Shown: positions 29,126 through 37,800 of the stretch, one piece after another
Position numbering within the stretch: the stretch's first letter is position 1
Layout of the letters: every line of letters starts with the position of its first letter
Assembly: GCF_947500995.1 (NCBI RefSeq)
Contig: NZ_CANMUA010000012.1
Span: 1,300-65,299 of the forward strand
Reading direction: 5' to 3'
Length of the DNA stretch: 64,000 nt
Source of the DNA: an uncultured Serinicoccus sp.
GTDB taxonomy: Bacteria; Actinomycetota; Actinomycetes; Actinomycetales; Dermatophilaceae
The notes under the pieces: generated by a model
Databases searched by the model: none
What the model saw: the letters and a program-made list of their open reading frames with translations, nothing else
Told to the model about the DNA's origin: nothing
Program-made: the position numbers and the translations under genes

Positions 29126-30315
29126 GATCGTCCCTTCCCGGTCGTCGCGTGGCGAGGGTCCTCGACCGGCTCGCGCTCGGAGGTGGCCTCGGTCTGGGCC
29201 CGACGCTCGGCGTCGATCGCCCGGTTGCGCTCGAGCAGCTGGGCGGCGCTCTCCTCACGGATCGAGGTGGCCGCCGGGCGCAGGCGGTGCACTAGCCCGA
29301 GCACCTCGGGCACCACCCCCTCCGGCATGAAGAGGACCACGACGGCCAGCAGCAGGCCCAGCGCCACGAGGTGGAACTGGCTGTCGCCGTACTGCGCCTT
29401 GAAGACCTCCATCGCGTAGCCGACGACCACCGCACCCACCACGGGGCCCACCAGCGAGCGGATACCCCCGAAGAGGGACATGAGCACCATGTAGGAGCCG
29501 GTGAGGATGGAGAACTGGAAGACCGGGTCCAGGTTGCCGAACCAGAGCGCGTAGAGGCCGCCGGCCAGGCTGGTGAAGAACGCGGAGATGACGAAGACGA
29601 CCAGCTTGTAGCGGAACGTCGGCACCCCGAGGGCCTCGGCCTTGTCCTCGTCCTCGCGGATGGCCTTGAGCCCGGCCCCGAACTGCGAGCGGTCGATGAG
29701 CCACCACACCACCAGGGCGATGCCGATGAGGACGAGGAAGAGGAAGTAGAACCTGGTGTGCTGCTCGGGCCGCAGCACCGAGCTGTCGAACGGCCGAGGC
29801 ACGCGCAGGCCCTCCGACCCGCCGGTCACCGAGGCCCAGCTCTGGAACACCAGGAGCAGGATGAGGACGAGCGCGATGGAGACGATGACGAAGGAGGCGC
29901 CGCGGACCCGCAACGAGGCGATGCCGATCGGGACCGCCAGCAGCGCCACGACGACCGCTCCCAGCACCAGCGCGACCCAGGGGTTGATCCCGGTGTGCGT
30001 GGTGAGCAGCGCCACGGCATACCCACCCAGACCCGAGTAGGAGGCGTGGCCGAGGGAGATGTAGCCGGTGAACCCGCCGACGAAGTTCCAGCCGACGGCG
30101 AACGCGGCGTAGCTGGCGATGACGACGGCCACCGAGAGGATGAAGGCGTCCGGCGCGAGCCAGGGCACCATGAGCGCGAGCACGATCGCCACGACTCCCA
30201 GACCGGCCTTGGCCAGGCCCAGCCGCCGGTCGAAACGCTCACCGGCGCTGTCGTCCGGGCGCCCGGTGTCCGGTGCCGTGGGGGTCGGGGTGGCGAGGTC
30301 AGAAGCGTTGGGCAA
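29122..30315 (-). CDS. branched-chain-amino-acid-type (HAAT) ABC permease, LivM-like
   Basis: It is a multi-TM protein with FVGGFTGYISLGHASYSGLGGYA, typical of LivM. The TTG start is uncertain. Confidence 0.85.
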   Translation of the reverse strand: MPNASDLATPTPTAPDTGRPDDSAGERFDRRLGLAKAGLGVVAIVLALMVPWLAPDAFILSVAVVIASYAAFAVGWNFVGGFTGYISLGHASYSGLGGYAVALLTTHTGINPWVALVLGAVVVALLAVPIGIASLRVRGASFVIVSIALVLILLLVFQSWASVTGGSEGLRVPRPFDSSVLRPEQHTRFYFLFLVLIGIALVVWWLIDRSQFGAGLKAIREDEDKAEALGVPTFRYKLVVFVISAFFTSLAGGLYALWFGNLDPVFQFSILTGSYMVLMSLFGGIRSLVGPVVGAVVVGYAMEVFKAQYGDSQFHLVALGLLLAVVVLFMPEGVVPEVLGLVHRLRPAATSIREESAAQLLERNRAIDAERRAQTEATSEREPVEDPRHATTGKGRS

Positions 30316-31180
30316 GGCGACCTCCGAAGAATCCCTGCGGACGGACCATCAGGGTGATGAACAGGGCGAGGTAGAACACGGTCTGGGCCCAGGTGGTGCC
30401 CAGCGGGATCTGCAGCAGGCTCTGGCTGAGCCCGAGGACCAGCGCGGCGATGGCGGCGCCCGGGATGCTCCCGAGCCCTCCGACGACGATGATCGCCATG
30501 AGCGGGCCGATCCAGTGCCAGTGCAGCGAGGGGTAGATCGTGGAGTCGAGCGCCAGGGCGGTCCCGCCGATCGCCGCGGTGGCGAGCCCGAGGCCGAAGC
30601 CGTAGCCGGCGACCTTCTCGGTGTCGATGCCCAGCAGCGCGGCGGCCTCCTTGTGCTGGATGGTCGCCCGCAGTGCCTGGCCGAAGCTGGTGGCCTTCAT
30701 GAGCAGGTAGAGCGCCAGCAGGCTGACCGCCGCGAGCCCGAACGCCACCAGCTTGACCACGGCGATGTTGGCCCCGAAGACCTCGAGGCTGGCGGTCGAG
30801 TAGCTGAGGCTGATCCGCCGCTGCGTCCCGGTCCAGACGAAGCCGAGCATGCCCTCGATGATGAGGGCGATGGCGAAGGTCAGCAGGACCGACATCATCG
30901 TCAGGGTGGCGGGCTTGAGCCGGGACAGCAGGAAGCGCTGCATGACCACGCCCAGGAGGAAGAACAGCGGCACGGTGGCGATGAGCGAGAACAACGGGTC
31001 GATGCCGGTGGCGCGGTGGAACGCCCAGGCCAGGTACGCCGCCAGGATGAGGAACGCGGAGTGGGCGATCATCACCACGCGCATCACCCCGAAGTAGAGC
31101 GTCAGGCCGGCGGCGAGCAGGGCGTAGAGGCCCCCGAGCAGGATGCCGAGGATCACCGCCTGGGTGATGAGGGCCGTCAC
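30299..31180 (-). CDS. HAAT-family ABC permease, LivH-like
   Basis: MTALITQAVILGILLGGLYALLAAGLTLYFGVMRVV.IAH is the LivH N-terminal signature. GTG 31180 is preceded by GAAGGGAA. Confidence 0.85.
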   Translation of the reverse strand: MTALITQAVILGILLGGLYALLAAGLTLYFGVMRVVMIAHSAFLILAAYLAWAFHRATGIDPLFSLIATVPLFFLLGVVMQRFLLSRLKPATLTMMSVLLTFAIALIIEGMLGFVWTGTQRRISLSYSTASLEVFGANIAVVKLVAFGLAAVSLLALYLLMKATSFGQALRATIQHKEAAALLGIDTEKVAGYGFGLGLATAAIGGTALALDSTIYPSLHWHWIGPLMAIIVVGGLGSIPGAAIAALVLGLSQSLLQIPLGTTWAQTVFYLALFITLMVRPQGFFGGRLAQRF

Positions 31181-31232
31181 GAGAGGTTCCCTTCTGAGCG
31201 GTCGTGGGCGGGGGGCCGGAGGAGGGCGGGGG

Positions 31233-32543
31233 TCACCAGTCCTGCTTGGGGTAGGACAGCTCGGCGTCGCTGGCGTCCTCGGGCAGGACGATGACGATCT
31301 CGTCGTCCTGCCACTGCTGGATGAGGTGGGCGGCCTGCGGGCGACCCTCGGCGTCCCAGGACAGCGGGCCCACCACGGTGTCCACGGTGTTCTCGCGCAG
31401 CCAGTCGATCATCGACTGCTGGCACTCCGGGCTGGGGTCGGCGCAGTCGTTGGCCTCGGCCGCGGCCGCGACCACCTGCATGGTGGTCCAGGCGTTGGCC
31501 TCGTCCTCGTTGGGCGGGTTGCCGTGCTGCTCGGTGTAGAAGTCCACGAACTCGGCGTTCGAGGGGTAGTCCGCGTCCGGGGTGTAGCCGGTGGGCGACA
31601 GGATGCCGTCGGTCTGCCCGATGGCCTCCGGGAACTCCGGGTTGGTGGGCGCGGTGGAGAAGGCCGCCAGGCGGGGCTGGTAGTCCAGCTGCTGCAGGGC
31701 AACGATGAGGTTCACCGCGTCCTGGTACTGCGTGCCGCCGACGAGGATGTCCGCGCCGGTGTTGGCGATCTTGTTGGCGATGCTGGAGAAGTCGGTGGTG
31801 TTGGGCGGGTAGACCTCGTCCGCGACGGTTTCAATGCCGCCCTCCTCCAGCTTCTCCTTCAGCCCGTAGGCCGTGCCCTGGGCGAAGGGGTCGTCCATGG
31901 AGGCGTAGGCGGCCGTGGTGGGCCGCTCCCCCTCGGGCATCGCCAGGATGTGCTCGGCCAGGTAGTTGTAGTGGTCGTTCGCGATGGCGGGGGCGGCGTA
32001 GAAGAGGTTGTCGAAACCCTGGGTGAAGACCTCCTCGGCGGCACCGGCCGGCTCGACGAAGAGGAAGCCGTAGTCCTGCGCCACCTGCGCCGCCGGCACC
32101 ACCAGCCGGGTGGAGAACGGGCCGACGACGATGTCCACCTGGTCCTGGTTGATGAGCTTCTCGTAGTCGGAGGCGACCCGGTCGGCGTTGGACTGGTCGT
32201 CGTAGATGATGAGCTCGACGTCACGACCCAGGAGGCCGCCGTTGGCGTTGGTGTACTCCGCCCAGGCCTCGTAGCCGCGCTGGACGCCCTTCCCGGGCTC
32301 GGAGAAGTCACCGGTGAGCGGGAGCGAGATGCCGATGGTGACCGGGCCCTCGTCCCCCTCCTCCCCCTCTCCCTCGGCGGAGGAACCACCGCCACCACCG
32401 AGGCCGCAGGCGCTGAGCGTGAGGGCTCCGGCGGCGGCCACGGCCAGGGCGGCGCGTCGGCGGCCCGGCCGGCTGACCCTGGTCGAGGTCCCCCCGGCCT
32501 GGTCGACGGACATCAGGACGGATCGGCGGGTGCTGTGCTTCAT
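31233..32543 (-). CDS. ABC substrate-binding lipoprotein, LivK/periplasmic-binding-protein type I
   Basis: It has the lipobox LTLSAC, a Gly/Glu-rich linker and then PVTIGISLPLTGDFSEPGKGVQRGYEAW, typical of Leu/Ile/Val-binding-protein-like SBPs. An AAAGGAG RBS precedes ATG 32543. Confidence 0.85.
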   Translation of the reverse strand: MKHSTRRSVLMSVDQAGGTSTRVSRPGRRRAALAVAAAGALTLSACGLGGGGGSSAEGEGEEGDEGPVTIGISLPLTGDFSEPGKGVQRGYEAWAEYTNANGGLLGRDVELIIYDDQSNADRVASDYEKLINQDQVDIVVGPFSTRLVVPAAQVAQDYGFLFVEPAGAAEEVFTQGFDNLFYAAPAIANDHYNYLAEHILAMPEGERPTTAAYASMDDPFAQGTAYGLKEKLEEGGIETVADEVYPPNTTDFSSIANKIANTGADILVGGTQYQDAVNLIVALQQLDYQPRLAAFSTAPTNPEFPEAIGQTDGILSPTGYTPDADYPSNAEFVDFYTEQHGNPPNEDEANAWTTMQVVAAAAEANDCADPSPECQQSMIDWLRENTVDTVVGPLSWDAEGRPQAAHLIQQWQDDEIVIVLPEDASDAELSYPKQDW

Positions 32544-32584
32544 CTGGCGCTCCTTTGCGGCCCACGGGGGAAGGTCAACCGATT

Positions 32585-32610
32585 ACGCAAACGTTTGCAC
32601 AAACGATTGC
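32585..32610. promoter_or_regulatory. tandem LacI-family operator-like palindromes in the divergent promoter region
   Basis: ACGCAAACGTTTGCAC contains a perfect 12-bp palindrome with a central CG (GCAAACGTTTGC, 32587-32598). It is followed directly by the imperfect CAAACGATTG (32600-32609). Confidence 0.5.
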
Positions 32611-32718
32611 GTTGTACGATAACGTGCGTCCTGGGCGTTGGCAAGGAGGTACCGGTGCGGGTCTTGACCGCGCACCGGGCCCGCGGACCACCAGGCGCAC
32701 CACGAGGACGAGGAGTCG

Positions 32719-33753
32719 ATGATGACCGGAGCGGCGGCACCACGGTTGGTGGACATCGCGCAGTCAGCGGGTGTCTCGGTGGCCACGGCCTCCCGTGCGC
32801 TGAGCGGCAGGCAGGGCGTCAGCACCGCCGTCGCCGAGCGGGTCAAGGAGATCGCCGAGTCCCTGGGCTACATCGGCAACGTCCACGCCCGGTCGCTCGC
32901 GGGAGGCACGAGCTCCAGCGTCGGTCTGGTCGTCCACGAGGTGGCCGACCCCTACTTCTCCGAGATCGCCAGCGGCGTCATGCGGGTGGCCGGCCAGCGG
33001 GGGCTGTCGGTCCAGATGTGCCACAGCGGACGGGACCCGCAGATCGAGCTGCGGCAGCTGCGGACCCTCATCGCCAACCGGGTCGGGGTCATCGTCGTGG
33101 CGGGGTCGGGCTACCTCGACCCCGAGGCGGAGCGCAGCATCCACCGCGAGCTCACCCGGTTCACCCAGGCGGGCGGCCGCGTGGTGGCGATCGGCCGCCA
33201 CCAGCACGCCACCGACGCCGTGCTCCCGGCCAACACCGACGGGGCGCAGGCCGTCACCCGCCACCTCCTGGCGCTCGGCCACCGCCGCGTCGCCGTCGTC
33301 ACCGGCTCGCTGGGGCTCACCACCGTCGCGGACCGTCTCACCGGCGTGCAGCGGGCGCTCGCCGAGGCGGGCATCGCCCGCGAGGACGTGCCCGTCGTCG
33401 AGGCCCCCTTCACCCGCGACGGGGGCAAGACGGCCACCCTGGAGGTGCTCCAGGAGCACCCTGGCAGCACCGCCGTGCTCGCGCTCAACGACGACATGGC
33501 CATCGGTGCGCTGTCCGTGCTGCGGTCCCGGTCGTTGCGGGTGCCGGACGACATGTCGGTGACCGGCTTCGACGACGTCCCGGTGGCCGCCGACCTCTCC
33601 CCCTCGCTGACCACCGTCCGGCTGCCCATGCAGCAGATGGGGGAGAAGGCGCTGGAGCTCGCGCTGCGCCCGGCCACCAAGCGGCCCCGCCGGGTCGTCA
33701 TGCCGGCCACCCTGGTGGAGCGGGACTCCAGCGGGCCGCCGCGCCGCTCCTGA
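32719..33753 (+). CDS. LacI-family transcriptional regulator
   Basis: The N-terminal HTH is LVDIAQSAGVSVATASRALSG. The C-terminal sugar-binding fold shows VVVAGSG, ALNDDMAIGA and SVTGFDD. Confidence 0.9.
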   Translation: MMTGAAAPRLVDIAQSAGVSVATASRALSGRQGVSTAVAERVKEIAESLGYIGNVHARSLAGGTSSSVGLVVHEVADPYFSEIASGVMRVAGQRGLSVQMCHSGRDPQIELRQLRTLIANRVGVIVVAGSGYLDPEAERSIHRELTRFTQAGGRVVAIGRHQHATDAVLPANTDGAQAVTRHLLALGHRRVAVVTGSLGLTTVADRLTGVQRALAEAGIAREDVPVVEAPFTRDGGKTATLEVLQEHPGSTAVLALNDDMAIGALSVLRSRSLRVPDDMSVTGFDDVPVAADLSPSLTTVRLPMQQMGEKALELALRPATKRPRRVVMPATLVERDSSGPPRRS

Positions 33754-33807
33754 GCCGTCCGGGCGGCAGCACGGGACGGCGCGAGACCGCCCGGAGTGCC
33801 GTCCTGA

Positions 33808-34692
33808 CTAGCGGGCGTGCCCCTCGGACAGCCGCCGGCCGCGCTCCTCGCGCACCAGCTCCCACGTCCGGACGATCCGTGGCGCGGTCATGATGACCAG
33901 GCCACCGACCATGTTGAGCAGGGTGACCCACCAGAACCACCCGAACCACTGGCCCACCGAGATGTCGGCACCGGCCTCCATGGCGCCGAAGATGAGGACC
34001 GAAGAGAGCGCCCCGTGGTGCATCTGCAGACCGACCACGAGAAGCCCGCCGATGAGCGAGATGACGGCCGTCATGACGTCGGAGCTGGTGCCCTGGTTCA
34101 TCCGGGTCATGAGGGTGATGGTGCTCCCGGCGAGCAGCGCCAGGGCGATCGTCTCCATGGTGAACCCGGCGGTCACATAGGCGACGGCTGAGCTGACGAG
34201 GTCCTCGTGGAACTGGGGGAAGGCATACACCACCAGCCACATGAACAGCCATCCCCCGGCCAGGTTCGTCACCAGGGTGACCGACCACAGCCGGACCAGC
34301 TGGGCGAAGGTGCCATGGCCGGCGAGGACGGCGTTGACCGGGAGCATGAAGTCCTCGGTGAACAGCTCGGAGTGCGCCAGCCGCAGCGCGAGCAGGCCGA
34401 TGCCGAAAGCCAGACCGGAGAGCAGCGTGCTACCGGTGGCGTGCATGACCGCGAGCATCGCCATGATGCCCAGCCCGACGTCGATCCCGCCGAAGAGGCC
34501 GGTCACCACCAGTCCGCGGTTGGTGCGCTTGAGCCGCTCCTCGCCCTCGGAGACGGTGGCGTTGAACTCCTCGTGCAGCTCCTCCTCGAGCCGGCGCTCC
34601 ACTCCCCCGACCTCGACGGTCTCGTACTCGTTGCCCTGGCCGCCGGCCTCCGGCTCGGTGCTCTGGTCGAGGTCGCCGTCCTGCGAGCTCAT
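33808..34692 (-). CDS. formate/nitrite transporter (FNT) family channel, YfdC-like, 294 aa
   Basis: It has six hydrophobic segments and LRLAHSELFTEDFMLPV, typical of FNT proteins. ATG 34692 is M48 of ORF 33808..34833. The cytoplasmic N-terminus of about 45 aa is acidic. Confidence 0.8.
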   Translation of the reverse strand: MSSQDGDLDQSTEPEAGGQGNEYETVEVGGVERRLEEELHEEFNATVSEGEERLKRTNRGLVVTGLFGGIDVGLGIMAMLAVMHATGSTLLSGLAFGIGLLALRLAHSELFTEDFMLPVNAVLAGHGTFAQLVRLWSVTLVTNLAGGWLFMWLVVYAFPQFHEDLVSSAVAYVTAGFTMETIALALLAGSTITLMTRMNQGTSSDVMTAVISLIGGLLVVGLQMHHGALSSVLIFGAMEAGADISVGQWFGWFWWVTLLNMVGGLVIMTAPRIVRTWELVREERGRRLSEGHAR

Positions 34693-34866
34693 CGGGTGCG
34701 GTCCTGGGCAGCTGGATCGGTCATCCCCCCATCCTGCCTGCTCGACGGGACCTCCCGATCCACCCCGAGCGGGGACCGCCGGTGGCGCACGCGCGGGAGG
34801 CCCCCCCGGTGGTGGTGGGCGGAGCACCACCACCGGGGGGCCTCGTCAGGACGGGTCAGGCGCGAC

Positions 34867-37800
34867 TCAGGAGCAGCTCACCGCCTCATGGTCGACCTCG
34901 TAGCGCTCGTAGTGGCCCACGCCGTCGTAGAACGCGTAGCCCGCCACGGTGACGGTCCCGGCCTCGATGGAGCCCTCACCGGAGCGGAACACGTGGTAGA
35001 CGGCCTTGCCGTCCTTGACGTTGGTCCACTTCTTGTCGCCGAAGGCGGTCGTCGCCCGGATGTCCACCCGGTGACCGTCCTCGTTGACGACGTGCACCGC
35101 GACCACGGCGGTCCTGTTGGAGCACTGGGCGTTGGTCGAGATCCGCAGGTCCACCTCGTCGGTGGGGGCTGCCGGAGCCACCAGCGTCAGCGCCGCGGTG
35201 TCCGACACGTTCCCGTGGCCCTTGGACCGGACCGACACCTTGATCGTGTAGTCGCCGGGCGCGAACCCGGAGACGTCGAACGAGGTGGCGAAGGTGCCGT
35301 CGGTGACCGGGACCTCCCGACCGACGACCTTGCGGCCCTCGGCGTTCTGGAGCTCGGCATACACGGCCTCCACGTCCTTGCGCCACCCGGTGCTGCCCGG
35401 GGTCGCCTCACCCGTCACCTCGACGGGCTCGTCGGTCGAGACCTCACCACCACCACCGGTGATGGTGACGCTGGGCTGCACCACGGGGACCTCGGCACTG
35501 TCACCGGTGACGGTGACGCCGCGGATGCGACCCACGTTGTCGAACGAGCCGAAGCCGACCCGGCCGGAGTCGAAGGTGTCGTCCGTGGCGGTGAGCAGCG
35601 GACGCTCCAGCCCGTCGAGGTAGACGGCCACCCTGCCGGTGTCGGCGCAGTGCACCAGGCGGACGTCGTGCCAGGCGTCGTCGGTGACCGCGGGCGGGGC
35701 ACCGATGGTGCCGTCCCACTGGTCGTCGATCCGCTCCCGGTCGGCGCCGTCGACCTTGAAGATGCCGTTGTGCGCGTAGATGGTGTTGTCCTGCGACAGG
35801 TGCGCGTAGTAGTACTCCGTGTCCGACCGGTAGCCGAAGACGAGGATCACGTCCCTGTTGTTGACCGACACCGGCTCGTCGAGCCGCACCTGCGCGTCCA
35901 TCACCACCGAGCCCAGCTCGGGGCCCTCCGTGAGCACGGCGTACTCGAACGGCCGGCGGATGCCGTCGTCCGGGTTGGTGCCGGCCTCGGCCAGCACCAC
36001 CGCGTCACCGGGGAACTCCCACTTCTCGGGGGTCCGGGGCGCCCAGTTCGAGGCGTCCATGACATCGGTGACGACCGTGTCACCCGGGGTGCAACCCGGG
36101 TCGAACACCGGCTGCTCCTCCGGCACCTCGAACAGCGCGTACTGCGCCGCCATCTGCTCGGCGCTGGGCACGGTGTCGAGGAACATCAGGTCGTCCATCC
36201 GGCAGTCGCAGGGGTTCCGCTCCTGGGTGTCCTGGGGGAAGCTCCCACCGATCTTGATCCCCGCGGGGTTCGTGTCGGAGGTGGCGCCCGAGCCCCAGCG
36301 GTTGGACGCGGTGTAGTCGCCCTCGAGCGGCTCGCCGTTCATATAGAGCGCCATCTCGCCCTCGACGAAGTCGAAGGTGGCCGCCAGGTGCACCCACTCG
36401 CCCTGCTCCAGGATCTCGTCCCAGGGCAGGTCCGCCGCATAGGTCCACGAGCTCGCCCCGTCGACCCGGCGGCCGAGGGCCACGAGCTTCTGCTCGCCGC
36501 CCACGTCGATGACCTCCAGCAGCGCGCGCACGCCGTGCCCGTCGGAGTCGCCCGACAGGACGCCGGCCAGGCCGATCGCGTTGTAGCGGTCGTCCGGGTC
36601 GCTGGTGTTGGAGTTCGGTGCCGGCAGCTCACCCGTGGGCTTGAACCACCCCATGACCGAGGTCTGCTCGGCCCCGGCGAACCGGGACAGGCTCTGCACG
36701 CCGTCGGCGTCGTAGATCCCGGCCTTCCAGTCGTCGTCGGAGGCCTGGTCCGGGCTCAGCTGCTGCGTCTGCAGCGCCTCGCCGGCACCCGGGTATGCCG
36801 CGTCGGCCACCCGCATCTCCACCCCGCCGTTGACGAGGTCGATGTCGGTCCCGGACGGGCCCTGGTCGGCCTCCTTCGTGGCGTCGCCCGCGACCGGGTG
36901 GGCGAAGTCGTAGCGGGCCACGACGTCGGCGGCGATGCCCTCCAGGACGTAGGGCGAGGACAGGACGTCCTCGCGGGCGCCGGTCACCTCCCAGACCTTG
37001 CCGTCGGCCTTGGACACGAGGTAGAGCTCGCCGTCCGCGTCCGAGCCGAAGCGCAGGTCCACCCGGCTGTCACCGACGAGCTCGGCGAAGGTCGTCTCCT
37101 CACCGTCGGCGAAGACCTTGAGCTGCTCGATGTCGGCGAGGTCCTCGAGGTCGCCGTCGTTGCGGTTCATCTCGTCGGCCTCGGTGGAGAGCACCCAGCC
37201 CCGGACCAGGTCCGTGAAGAGGTACTTGCCCTGCAGCTCCTCGATCTCACCGCGGTAGACGAAGCCGCCGTTGAGCGCCACCCCCGCGTCACCGGTCTGC
37301 CCAGGGTCGCGGTTGTGGTCGTAGGCCGCGACCGGGTAGGTGAAGTCGAACTGCTCGGCGTCGTCCTCGGGCAGCGGGAAGATCTGCCGGTTCTGCGCCA
37401 CGAAGGGTCCTTCGCGGTCGGACCAGCCGAAGTTGTCGCCCGGCTCCACGGCATACACCGACTCGACCTGCCACTCGCCGATGTGCCCGAGGTACATCGT
37501 GTTCTCGCCCTCGGGGTCCCAGCTGATGCGGTGCGGGTCGCGCAGGCCCACGGCGTAGATCTCGCCGAGGGCTCCCTCGGTGTCCACGAACGGGTTGTCG
37601 GCGGGTATGCCGTACTGCCCGTTGCTGCTGTCGTCGCCCATCGGGTCGATCCGGAAGATCTTGCCGTGCGGCGTCGCCAGGTCCTGCGGGTTGTCGTTGC
37701 CGACGCCGTTGCCGCCGTCCCCGGAGAGGATGTAGAGCATCCCGTAGTCGGGGTCGCCGGGGCTCACGGTCGGGTTGAAGGCGATCTGCTGCAGGGTGTG

